NCBI RefSeq assembly: GCF_000150275.1
Contig: NW_002060963.1
Location: forward strand, 653,262 to 717,261
Source: Trichoplax adhaerens
Taxonomy: Eukaryota > Animalia > Placozoa
DNA: 64,000 nt
Direction of reading: 5' to 3'
Every line of letters starts with the position of its first letter. The stretch's first letter is position 1. The translations under genes were made by a program, and so were the position numbers. Positions 12,185 through 25,900 of this stretch are shown piece after piece. Under the pieces are notes generated by a model. That model made no database searches, was not told the DNA's origin, and saw nothing but the letters and a program-made list of their open reading frames with translations.

Positions 12185-15100
12185 GATTGCTGATTTGACC
12201 TTGCGCAGGAATAGCACTGCTTCTCTACCGTCCACTAGTCGATGATCGTATGTTAAAGCAATATACATCATTGGACGTATTTCAACCTATGGAAGATATT
12301 TAATAATGCATTATACATCAAGTAATTATTGATTAGGTGCTAGTCTTATTGCATGCTACTAAACTTTTAGACTAAATGTGCAAATTGTAGTTAGAATACA
12401 GGACAACTGTTGTTATTCTTATTGAAATTCATTACAGCTTAATTCATGAAAGGTCTGCTAGAGCAGCAATTAAATGTTCTCAGAAAGGAATATCCACATT
12501 AACGATATCATTATACTGCAATTTTGTCTAGATAACTGAGATTACTATCAAGAAAAATATTACCTTTCCTTTAACTGCAATTGGTCTATCAAATACTCCA
12601 TGCATGCCTAATATTGCAGACTGTGGAGGATTTATAATAGGTGTACCAAATAAAGATCCAAAAACACCACCATTCGAAATAGTAAAGGTTCCCCCTTCCA
12701 TATCTTCAACAGTGATGTTGTTATGTCTTGCCTGAAACAATCGATTAAAGTTAACGATCTGATGCATAATAATAGCATAGCGTGCATGCATTTACATATA
12801 TGATTAGCGCTAAACCTTTTCTGCCAGAGTGGCTACATTTTTTTCAATGTCACCATAGTTCATAGTCTCGACATTTCTAAGAACAGGAACAACCAACCCT
12901 TTAGGCGTGGCTACGGCAATACTAATATCAACATAGTCCCGATATATGATCTCTTTTCCGTCAATAACAGCATTGATTACAGGCTGATCACGTAAAGCAA
13001 ACGCGGACGCCTTAATGAATGGTGACATAAAACTAAGTTTGGCTCCATGCTTTTTGAGAAAGCTTTCCTTATAAGCATTTCTCATCTCTATTACATTACT
13101 GTATATTTAAAACATTGAAGAAAAAGTAACATTAATATCCATGCATAAAATCTATCAATTTCTTTAAAAATCGAAATATCTTATTATAACAATCTTGTAA
13201 CACCTCATATCAACTTCATTAAATGTTGTGAGCATAGCACAGGTATTTTGTGCCGCCTTCAGGCGTTCGGCAATCCTTAATCGCATGCGTGACATTTTAA
13301 CCTACAAGTATTTCGATATATCAGCTTTTCCTCAAAATAGATAATTTTACAGAAAGGCATTTACTCGTCTCTCTGATCGCACACCGCTCGGCATTGGCTC
13401 TATAGGCTGTGGCACTGCAGCAGCTATGGGCCTCTTCTGGCTTACGGGTGGAATTGGCGTCGCAGATATTGGACTTTCAGGAATGTTAGGAACTTCATTG
13501 AAGGAACATTAAATTAGTTCGCTAGGTTTGACATACTAGGCATTCAATACAGTTTGCAAACAAACCTGGTGGTGGTGCACTAGGAATTTCAGCAGCTATA
13601 ACATGTAAATAGTGCGAGAGAAGTTATTGTCATCGCTAGCAGTAATAATACGTATACAATGAAAGAACTGTGAAAGTCATGGTGGTGTAAAAATTGCTAT
13701 AGTTTTACCTTGAGCTGGCGGGGATTCTGCGTTCGGTGGCACTTCCTTCGTTTCTGCTGTTGCTGGGGATGGCGAAGGGGCTTTTGTTTCCGTAGATTGT
13801 GAACCTGACTCGCTGCCTGCTATCAAATTTAGAGGAAGTAATAATTAATTCTATCAGAATAGGTATACAGAAGCCATTCGGTATCACAATAGGAAGCAGC
13901 CTACTAACCAGCAACTTTAAATTTCGCAATATTTTGACTTTGAGTTACTTTTTCACCATCCGGAATAAGGAATTCCTCGATTACTCCAGATTCAGGTGCA
14001 AGCACTGCCATAGTTGTCTGAAGATTATCAAGTATGAAATGTAATTATTTTATAACGAATTTCTTATTAAATATCATATAATCGCACAGCCAAGATGATT
14101 CTGTTCTTGTTACAAGCATGTTCACGTTAGCTAAAATAAATAGAAAGTACATTGCCTCACCTTATCAGTTTCTATTTCACCTATAGTGTCATTCTCTTCA
14201 ACAGTATCACCCACCTCTATTGAAATCAATGATAAGAATATATCAATGCTGTATATGTAGTACATATGAATGCAGCGACATAAGCGTATCTATAATACAC
14301 CATAGTATGTAACCTTATGGTATGTATTTCGTATATACCATAAATATGCCTTATAAACTAATTCTAGTGTTATTATAGAAGATTTCACAAAACCTAAAAC
14401 CCTTTGAGCATGCCCGATAGTTGCCAAATATAAATAATGTTATAACATACCTTTGAGCCAACGAATATCTCCTTCGCTAATAGATTCTGGAAACGTAGGG
14501 GCTTGAATGGTAATTACATTATCAACTTCAAGACGCAAGTAAAATGTGTTAGTAATGACAGCAATGCAAAATACGAATTATATAGCAAGCTTAAATAAAT
14601 CATCACAAACTGATCATTTTACCATCATAAACATGATAACATCAGCATCAAATTTCAGTTAATCATAAATTAACGCTATCGTAAAGAAATACTTACGATA
14701 AAATGTGGATATATGTAGTTGCTTCTCATGCCAATGAGATAAAGTCGGCGCGTACTTTCGACTACGTATCCAAAAGGATGAGATTAAATCGAATACACAA
14801 TATTTACCAGAATTTTGAGCTATCATAAGTATATCAATAACTTACATAATCGCATTCGATTGGGTACCAATGCTGCGCTTATTTACTATAGTGATAAATT
14901 AAAAAGGAACTAATATGATCTTCCGTCACAGTCACAAGAGATGTATATTAAATTAGTAGCAGTGGCTACTCATGACAAAGTAAACAATCATACGAACAAG
15001 GAAGGATCTGTAATTACGCCTGTTGTGTAATAATTTTGTACCTTTTAAGTACGGTAACTTAAAATTAATTCATGTGTTGTACATTTATGAGCTATGATGA

Positions 15101-17098
15101 GACTGCGGCTATAGTGGTGTGCCATACTTTACGCTAGCAGAACGAAAGTTCATGGTATTTCAGCAACTTATAATTCATTTTTTTTAAAGAATATTTAGGG
15201 TTAAAATATTGTGACGCAAAATATTAGTAATAAGAAAGAAAAAAATCACTAATATATCAACTTATGGACATCCATTACATGAATTAATGACGTTTATCAT
15301 GTTATACAGTATAGTAGAATAATTGTAAATCTCAAGAGAGTGCAGCACTACCTAGCATGAAGAAGCTCCTTCACTAGTTCGGTAATTACAAAACAAACGT
15401 TAATTACGCTATTGTAGTACCGTACATAAACTAAAGTTATATCATACAAAGAGTTATGCATGTTACAGCTCTTGATCGGATCTATAGACTACAGCTATTA
15501 GGTGCCTTACAACATAAATTGTTGCAGCTGAGCATGCACTATCATCGACGGCATAGTATAACATGATTGAGTCCGCTAACTCAAATATCTTGCATTATAA
15601 TACCTGCTGCAAAGGTATTCACCGATTAGCAAATTTATTTAGCAAGCAAGATGTACTGTACCGTAGACGTTGTGTCACAGCACGGTTTAAATCATTTTTT
15701 CTCTTGTGCTGTATACAGTACACGTACCGGAACACATAAATAACATTATTACAACAGAATATACAATAGGTAAGACAGGATTTCATCCAAAAAAAAAGAA
15801 CGGTCTATCGGAAACGTGAGCGAAATGAAAACACGACAATAATTAATATGTGGTAGTTATCCAGAAATAAGATGACACAGAGTACTGTGCAAGGTCGCTT
15901 TATAATCTCTCTTTGCATGTGTTAATGGGGATATGGCAGAATTTATCATGGTGGAGGAAATGATTTGGCATTCCACTTGACCGTAGAATAATATCATTTT
16001 TTGCCCTTATTATCAGCCTTCAATAGAGAAGTTTATGCAAGGTCCACGCTATTGGCAGGCAGATAGTAAGATTATGGTTAACACTACGGCCATGGATGGA
16101 CACTACCATAAAATGAAGAGTAGACTTGACGCAATAAATGAATGCGGACACTGTATCAGATACACTACAGGATCATTCTAGAGACGCGCACAGTATTGAT
16201 GTCATTATAACCTCAACAAGCAAGACCACATCGTGAAGATATCTGACTTCATTTCTATCAGTATAGTATTGCAATATCATTGAGAATTGGCAATTATCAC
16301 TATAGACAGTAATGACAATCCCAATTTTATCATTGTAGAAAGTTAAATATGGTTAAAGTACCACAGATGCCTTACCTAAAGTAGTGGACTTGGTAATCCA
16401 TTTACTTCCAGCCTGCAATAAATAAATAGCAATAAGCCATTAGCCAAACAGCATTGAACAAATTCAATTGATTGAATATCAACATGATCAAGTTTGACTA
16501 CTTGTTCTGTTTGGATGTGCAGCCTATCCAGGCAATGACAATTTATTGCACAATCCAATCATGATAAATCGACTGCAGACATTCACTAGGATGATAACGA
16601 TGACTGAATAATGAGGTCATCAAAGAAGACTGTCATTCAGAGTGTAAGCACTTTAACATTTTTTTTTTTTTTGACTTTCAAGGTAATCATTGATTTTATA
16701 ACGACTTGCTACTGGATAGAATATCATTGCTAAAACAGAAATACTCTGGTAAAGTGATTCAAATCAAGGAAATGCCAGTCGCAATGTCAAGACAAAGCAA
16801 CATGGCAACATTGACTTGTTATCAATGCATGACCTTTTGACATGTGTATCGTATGGAATAGAGTACTTAGTCGATGTACGGGCAGAGCATACGATATCCG
16901 ATTTTTGTATTGTGAGGCATACTATGATCATTTGTGGTATAGCCTATGACTATTATAAGCTAACAAAAAATGGTTGACAAGAAGCTATATCCTCTAACAT
17001 ATTAAAAGAGAGTTTACCCAACTTACAATTGACGCTATTGGAGTAAACGACGATGGTTTGCTTAACTTATTACACAGTTGATGTCGAAGGGAGAGCAT
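12185..17098 (-). CDS. DLST: Dihydrolipoamide S-succinyltransferase (2-oxoglutarate dehydrogenase E2), mitochondrial; 3' end truncated by gap
   Basis: Exon 1 (17027-17098) [24 protein letters not shown] looks like a transit peptide; small exons follow near 16375-16411, 14846-14885 and 14697-14761. Lipoyl domain [14 protein letters not shown]...EIETDK; Pro/Ala linker; catalytic domain [103 protein letters not shown]. Confidence 0.95.
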
Positions 17099-17929
17099 CT
17101 TGGCTACGACAGCTTTGCACGAAATTCTATCGGCGCAATGTGATCTTGCTATTCATTGAGACGGCGCATAATACAGACGTTTTCACCCTATTCAATCTGA
17201 TGTGGCGCAGAAGGCAGAATGCGCGGCTTAGCCATGACTGTAGTCTGTCGATGAGGTGTTTTTGACCTCGATCGATTTACCGTACTGTACCGTACCGTAC
17301 CGCCCGGACCATGCGTTACTGCGCATGCCTGGGACCAGAGTACAGGAACTGTACTGAACTGAAAGGGAATGCTTCGATCTACTGGATACTGGATAGTAGA
17401 CTTGTACGGTAAACTGGTGGTGTTGAAGGTCTCGATTACACGCTAAAAAAGTGCCAGTACACCGGCTCCAAGTGGGTGTATTACTAGTACTACACAAAAT
17501 TGATAGTGATATGACCACAAAGCACAAGGAAAACAAAAGATTGTGCAAATAGCGCTGGCGGTTTCAAAGTAAACCCGAGCTGGCGTACGGTATCTCACGT
17601 GGAGCAACTACTGCTGTGCGCTACAGTGTGCACTGTGCAGTAAATCATAAAAAGGCAACAAGTCTGTTTCGAACATTGTTAGTCTTACTCACTGGACTAC
17701 AGTAAGTCTGCCAGTGTACTGTACTTAGGAGAGGCAAGAAGAAACTGAAAATTTTCACTTACAGTACAATTGATAGATACTGTCATATAAAGCAAAGTAA
17801 AATCATAGGAAGACATTTTATTGGTACAGTACATCGTATCACGTTCTACAGTATACGGTCTACTCTACTGCATACTGTAGGTTCGACTTTGACTTCCGTA
17901 CGGTACAGTATGGCATTCACTGATACTAG

Positions 17930-19012
17930 CAGTCTAGCACTAATTCCACTCACACTCAGTCACCAAGGGATTACTCACCCAGTCAGTCGGTACTGACATG
18001 GGACTACTAGACTACAGTACAGTGTACAGTGTGGACAGTGGAGCACATTCTTTACAGATGTCTAGCACTACTTGTACGCACGCTCAGCCACCAGGGACTG
18101 CTCACCCAGTCAGTCAGTACTGACGTGGGACTACTAGACTACAGTACATACAGTGTACTGTACTGTACAGTGTGGACAGTTGTCTAGCACTACTTCTACG
18201 CACGCTCAGGCACCAGGGAATGCTCACCCAGTCAGTCAGTACTGACGTGAGACTACTAGACTACAGTACATACAGTGTACAGTGTGGACAGTGGAGCACA
18301 TTATTGACAGATGTCTAGCACTACTTGTACGCACGCTCAGCCACCAGGGACTGCTTACTCACTATTGACAGATGTCTAGCACTACTTGTACGCACGCTCA
18401 GCCACCAGGGACTACTTACTGTGTACAGTACTGTACAGTGTACAGTGTGGACAGTGGAGCACATTATTGACAGATGTCTAGCACTACTTCTACACACGCT
18501 CAGCCACCAGGGACTACTTACTGTGTACACTGTACAGTACAGTGTACAGTTTGGACAGTGGAGCACATTATTGACAGATGCCTAGCACTACTTCTACGCA
18601 CGCTCAGCCACCAGGGACTACTCACCCAGTCAGTCAGTACTGACGTGGGACTACAGTACTGTACAGTACTGTACTGTACAGTCAGTGTACAGTACAGTAC
18701 AGTGTGGACAGTGGAGCAAATTCTTTACAGATGTCTAGCACTACTTGTACGCACGCTCAGCCACCAGGGACTACTCACCCAGTCAGTCAGTACTGATGTG
18801 AGACTACAGTACAGTGTGGACAGTGGAGCACATTCTTTACAGATGTCTAGCACTACTTGTACGCACGCTCAGCCACCAGGGACTACTCACCCAGTCACGA
18901 CTGACGTGTGAGAGGACACACGACACACACAGTGGAGCATATTATTCACTGATGTCTAGCTGTGACTAGCACTCATCCTACATTCCTACGCACGCTCAGT
19001 CACCAAGGACTA
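17930..19012. repeat. Modular minisatellite between the divergent DLST and BAZ1A genes
   Basis: Core AGATGTCTAGCACTACTT(G/C)TACGCACGCTCAGCCACCAGGGACT near 18057, 18182, 18309, 18370, 18472, 18576, 18729 and 18841, with degenerate flanking copies near 17930 and 18950. Linkers are built from CCCAGTCAGTCAGTACTGAC, (TACAG/TACTG)n and GTGGACAGTGGAGCACATT modules. Confidence 0.95.
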
Positions 19013-19915
19013 CTCCACAATTTTTACCCAGTTCAGTACTGAGTACACACTACCCAGTAACACTAGAGACCCTCTACAGTACGATAGAGGGTCTCTAAAG
19101 TCTGTTGAAGTAACACCCTTACTAACACGTGCACACTGCACAGTACTGCACTCAGTATAGTCACTAGTACAGTGTACAGTACAATGTTCTGCACTGAACT
19201 GAACTGATTTCTGCACCCTATTGTGCAGTACTACGGTAGGAACAAAAGCCCTACAGTAAAGCCTATTGCAGTGCAGTACACTGTATACACTGTACTGTAC
19301 AGTGTACAGTAGGGCTTTCCCTATGACTCACTCTACTGTACACTGTACAGTGTACAGTACGTTAAATGTTACAGCACTGGACTGTTTTATGGACAGCTAA
19401 AATGCTGTGTATTGTGTAAGAAACGTGTCCACTTGGGTGTGGTTCGTAATAGTGTGAGCCAAACGACTTTTCACTACGTAGTGGACAGCTATTTTCCACA
19501 TTGCACACTGCCTGTACAGTGTATTGTACAGTACCGTGCACTCCAAATTACAGTACTAGGAGTACTGTACACTGTACTGTCCTAGTCAATGGCAGTGTGT
19601 ACAATAAGGTGATAACTTGGCACTGTAGAACTTACACTCACTCCGCACTTGGTGTGAGTCTCGCCAATATTGCAAAGCAAAACCACTACTGACAGTTCAC
19701 TGTGGCAACTGGCAACTTTCTTGCAAGTGTGCGAGCGCGCCAAATCACTTTATTTTGAAAAGTAGCACAATTTGGAGCCATTCGTTGATATTCATCGATA
19801 ACTTCAGCGTAATTGAAGACTAGTTGACTTTGCCTGATCAAATCCAAACGATTTGTGCTTGAGGTGTTGTACCCATTAGGAGAAAAGTGACCGCTTGCGC
19901 CAAGAGTGGACGAAG

Positions 19916-22900
19916 ATGCCGTTGTTAAGACGTACTCAGTTTATACCAAATCAACCACCCGACGATCTACGACGGACTGAAGAAGTTTTTCGATGCCGCT
20001 ATACCAATGAATTATTTCGCAGTTATGAGTAAGTAGCTCCATGATCATGGCTGCCAATAGTATCATCAAGATACTGTTGGCTAATGGCCAATGCTGTTAT
20101 TCCATGTTGCTTTCATGATAACTTGTATATTCATTCATTACTCCAAGCTTCATTAAAATTAAAATATAGAAAATAGCGGGCAAAAATTTCACCATGACAC
20201 TAGTCATACTTGCTCACCATATCCTATACTGTCATACTCTTTCAAGAGTGCAGTTTGGCACCAGTAGCCCAGACTGTATCATGGCATTGTCTATCATCTC
20301 CTTTCTTTGTTTATTACAAGACAAAATGCCGTGAGTAATATTTTATGAATGCAGAGAAATCGTCATTATACTCAATGCAAGGCTAATTTCACCATGTGAT
20401 ACGGTTAGAATGCCAACATGCTCTACTGTAGAGTAGGAAGAAAACTTGGAAGCTTTTTCAATCGCAATCATGTTGATAGAAACATTGCCGGTTCAGTGGG
20501 GGCCCCTGTCACAAGGCCGGCCATAACTCGTTGACTGCAAGGATGGATGACGAGTAGGCCAAATGCTTTGAAACTAAATACATCATATTTTCTTCTTCTC
20601 TTGTTGCTCGTTCTACGGCTACTACCAAAGTACTATGACTTGATCATAGATTAGGAGTTGTGTACCGTGCCACTGTATTGTCTTCCATCCTTATTGACAA
20701 TCTTGTGAATCTAGTATTGTACTGAGAATGGACAACTTTGAAAAGAATGTTGAATACGAACAAGCCCGTACAGTCGACGTCATGTTAACTCTCTAGTTTT
20801 CTGCCATGATTCACAAGATACTTTTATTACTCAATGGAAAGCTAGCTATGTTAGGGCTACAGATAATGCCGATCTAGTTAGGAATGATGATGGATGTTGA
20901 TCGTCGATAGGATTACAACACTTGACTGACGTGATGATTCTTACTCGTATTTGTAATCGATTACCTGTCATTCAACTACTCTACTATACACTGTAGTATC
21001 CAATTTCAAGAAGGAGAAGACGATAAAATTTCAATACATATAAATCCCCTTTCTGATGCACAGACAATATTGATTCCAAGGCGTAGGAGAATCCACCGGA
21101 TTGAAACTGAAACTTTGTCAATTTTTTACAATGTTAATCAACTGTGAGACTATGTAATACGGGTTTGCTTCACAATTTATTATGAATGATAACCGCACCG
21201 TTGGATAAACTCGGCACTAAAGTTGAATCAAGCTAGAAATAGATCGATTCTTGTTGAATATTTGATTAACATATCCCTTAATTAAACTAAATACTACTAA
21301 AATTGGATCTTAAAATCCGATATGATCATGAAAAATAAATGCTGACATGATCAAAATCCCAATTGCCGTCATTCCATTACAAGACTGTGTATTAATCACA
21401 CACAATAGTACTATTACTGTACATACATTATTAACTAACTAAGGAATACTGAAGTGTGCTTCTATATTTGACGTATCACGTAATGCAGTACTATACTGTA
21501 TATTGTTGTGTATATTACAGTATATATGCGTATATGCTCTTTTTTATTATACTTCATACAGTACAATAATAATCAAAAAAGAGGATCGGTTAATCAGCTT
21601 CAATGAACGAGAATGACTTATCACGGATAAAATAGGTACTAAATTCATTAGTTAAACTGATGGAAGTAATTTATCCTACAACACGTAGTGACAAATGCAG
21701 CGCTGTATGAGTGTACTCTCCTGCTTGATTGATATAATATAATATATAATTACTGTTGAATAAATGTATAAGGTAATCACTTAATATTATACCATTCGAC
21801 CATCAATTCTGAACCGGAGTCAAATCATGAATTATCTGCATACCGGTTAGCTAGCCATTCGATGAAATTAGCACATCTGTGAATTAAATTATAATGAGTA
21901 TGCTATGCATTGATAGTTTGGTAATCCTGGTAGACCTATAGTAGACCTTGCGATATCATAACACTGCACAGTCCACAATATTCCGTCTGCTGTCGACAAT
22001 ACACCTACAGTACCATAAGAGAGGAAATCTTATCACATCTCCAAACACTACAACGATATACGTACGTAACCCTCCCTAATAGTTGTGTACTGCATTATGT
22101 TACGGCATACATAGTTCAGCCAGGAGTGCCACAACAATAATTACAGTGCGTCTGCATGGAGCTTATTGAATTGCTAGATAGGCTTCATTTTTGATCCTAT
22201 TTTTGGATTGGGAATGGCAATATCTTACAATATTATTGCTACGCTTGAGCTATTATCATTATCTTTAATGTCGCTGATTTATTATTATTTATTAATTATA
22301 ATGATGATTATGATAAAATCATACGGTTTATACAAGATGCTTTTAGATACTGTACTAACAGAAATGGATCGGCATTCTTTGCATTATAGAGCCTATTTCA
22401 ATCGAACCATTTTATGCAATAGTATGGTATGGACATGTGAATACACAGGTCGCTCTAATTTAACTTACAAAGAAGCTCTCAAATCGGAGGAAGCTGCTCG
22501 TGCGAATTTAGACTCGTTTCCAGAGGTATTACAACGCCAGATACTGCTCTTGATCGGTAATATCAAGCGAAGCCGTACAACAGAATTGATCGATGAAATT
22601 TTAATACGTATTCGAGATTGCTATTTCCCTGGAGAAGTTGTAGAAATTACTCGTAATGACGACAAGTAAGTTCAAGATCCTAATATCGTATTTAACCTAG
22701 TAAAAGTGGTATTTTCTAGAGTGCAATTTCATCAATATTTCGCTATGACCGCACAAAGTTTTAACTAAATCATCCATCCTTCACGTTATCGAAAGTCCCA
22801 TTATTGTTCCCAAGGTTTACCTATTTCTTGCGTTCCTTTCAATATCATATTTACTGATTATCATGGTGACTATTCATCAGCGGTTGTCACCAACTCTGCG

Positions 22901-25900
22901 TCTGTTATGCGAATGTTTGTGTAATTGTAGTATTATCATGAACGGTGTTTGGTAACCCAACATTACAGTAATTCCCAACCTGGTTTAATTTCTGTTCTTT
23001 CGAGATATTAACTAATGTTGTTGTTAGCAGTAATTTCACAAAGTGATAAGCGATAATTTTGCATATTTTTGAAAATGTTTCAGCTACACAATCGACACTA
23101 CGTCATATAGCACTTTAATTACTTCCCTAAGATCTTTACTATGAAAATTGTATGGTTTAGTTGTCACTTGATTTAGAATAGAATCTTGTGATAAAAACAA
23201 TCTGAAAATATTAATAACACTTATATTGTTACCCTTCGTGTCTTTGTTAGAGTTTTAGGTGAAATTGTTAACGCTATCCCTCCGGACGATTTATCGATAG
23301 CCAAGAAGGGCCTGTCATTTGTTGAAAGCCAAGGCCCTTCCGATAACAACAGCGTAGAACGTACACCAAATGGGAAAAGTAGGCGAGATTCTGTCACAGT
23401 CATTAATTTAGTTACTGATGACGTACCAAAAAGCTCTTCCAATAATAATCATGACGACAATGAAAAGAATAAGGCAAAAACAGCGATTACTGAACGAAAT
23501 GCTCGCTATATATATGAAATTCGATTAACTGCTGATGATATTGTCATGACCAGTAATGCCTCTGCTATTAGGTAAGTTTCGAAATTTTACCTCAATGTCT
23601 TTACGAAAGCAAGCAAATCTTTACATTACCATGTACTATTTATGAACTGTAAACAGTTCAAGTATTTATTTTATGAAAAATGATTGATGATTACTGTTTG
23701 ATATGTATTTAGCCGCAAGAAAGGCGTCTTAACAAAGGATAAACTGAGGCACTTTGTAAAATTTGCATGTCGAAGAACATCAGAAAAGCATCCGTATTAC
23801 GTGAAAGTCAGTGCAATATTGAAAAAATTAACCATCTCGTCTCATTGAACATATACTTGTGTTATACATAGTATACACTAATATCCATTTCATTCGTTTA
23901 TTTACCCAGAATGAATTTATCAAAAAATTCAATTTACCGGAAAGTTTCAAAGAAAAACGCAAGCTAGTCTCTTCTGTGGGGAAGAGACAGTCACTCACGC
24001 CAACAATATCGAAAAATTCTCCGTTTTCATCTACTTCTAATCTGGGAGATAAGGCCTCGAAGAAAAAGGTTAGCATTTACATTCTTACCTCATTACTACT
24101 GAGCTCGTATTTCTTTTGTAATATTCCTGTAGGAACTAACGTATGAGATCTTATCTGATTATGCCGTTAAAAGAATGTTTGTTGTCTTTCATTCTCTAGA
24201 GAGATGGTAAGGAACCGAAGAGTAAAAAGAAACTAAATTTAAATAAGCAATCTCCGGCTATGAGTAAGAGTGAACTAAAAGCCTTAAAAAAACAACGTAA
24301 AGAAGAAGAAAAAAAACGATTGGCAGAAGATAAGGCAAGAAGAAAGTTAGAAATGGAAGAGGAAAGGAAAAAACGAAAACAGATGGCAGAAGAAGCGAAA
24401 CTAGAACGAAAACTGGAAAAAAAACGAGTTCGTTTCAATTTGTTGTATTGGACACTAGGGATAACTACATTAAAACGTGGCATGCCCTTTTAGTTATAGT
24501 AACGCTTTAAAAACTAATGCATGGAGGTGGCAATAGTCTGTAATGTGCAATGGAATGTTTTTATGTTATCCATAGGAAAGGGACCGTCTTCGTAAAGAAA
24601 AGCAGTTGCAAGCTCAAAGAATGGAAGAATGGAGTAGACCACGCGACGATCTGGAACTCGATGATTTACAGGTTTTAAGAAACTTATGATAGAGGATGAA
24701 AATTTACAACAACGCTAAACTTGAATTATATTCTGTTTGTAGATCTTGCCTACACCATGTAGTGCTACAAAAGTAATTGATAATTTCTTATTCGGAAAAG
24801 CTGTAATGGTGTTAGAGTTCTTAAATAGCTTCGATGAAGTCTTTTCAGCAAGTGAATCTTTACCGATGCCGATAACTTTTGGTATGTTTATTTTATATCT
24901 TAAACGTTGAAATATTGATTCTGTAACAAAACGATTGATTTTTGTTGGTATGCAGAGAATCTAGAAAAGGCCCTTTGTAGTTCTGAGGTAGATGGATTAT
25001 TTAGTGATTTAGTTCAGTTTTTATTGGGTGATTTGGTCAAAGAATATCAAGAAGAGGAAGAAGAAAAAGAAGAAGAAATTAAGCTAGATGGCATACAAAA
25101 AGTTGTTTCACCCCCTGGAGAAAAAGAAGACATTGATGGTGTTGACGCCGCAGGTAAGGCTGGTATATTGGTATATGTGTAACTGCTAATTCCATATTCT
25201 GTATTATTTAAGAGAAAGATAACCATTAATGAGGCTGTCATTGTTCAGGTACTTCAAATCAAGCGCCAATCGATGGAAGTATTGGATATGCTTGGTCCCG
25301 TCTGACACAAGGAATACCCTTCCGAGAGATTAAATTCGATTGTTATACTTGTCCTGAATTGCTTCGGCTACACTTGTTATCAAGTTGTAGAATCGCTATG
25401 GGTGATGCTCGTTACCGATGGCAACGAAGAGGAGGATATATGACGACTGATGATCCCGGTATACTTTATAGTCATTGTCGTAATTTCAATTTTAATCATA
25501 TGCTTTATGTAGCATGTTACATCATTCTTACAGTGTTATATGTTATCATTTGACCTTAAAATATTACAGCTGCTGAACTAGTTCGAAAGAATCCTGAGTT
25601 ACTAAGCAAGTTGACAGTAGGAAATTTATATGATCTCGAACCTCGACATAAATTAGAAATCCTAGAAGTCCTATGCGGTCAACTATTGACGTTAGTCTCT
25701 ACCAGAGATTATCTTGACGAGTGTACGTTAAAATATCGCGAATTAAAGCACAAATTAAAGGAAGACCAATGGGCCGAACAGCGGCAAGCTAGAAAAGAAG
25801 CTGCCAAGCAGAGGAAAAGGGCAGAATCTAAATTGAAAACTAATTTAGAAAAGACGGATGGTAACCAAAGTGAAAAAGAAGAAACTCAGTATGATAATTT

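Noticed and set aside
11834-12193. ORF of 119 aa spanning the N run
   Set aside because: Artefact of translating the assembly gap.
18057-18900. CRISPR-like repeat-spacer appearance
   Set aside because: Spacers are related to each other and vary widely in length; context is eukaryotic with no cas genes. It is a minisatellite.
18321-18911. ORFs of 81-145 aa in the ORF track
   Set aside because: They are translations of the minisatellite with no protein-like features.
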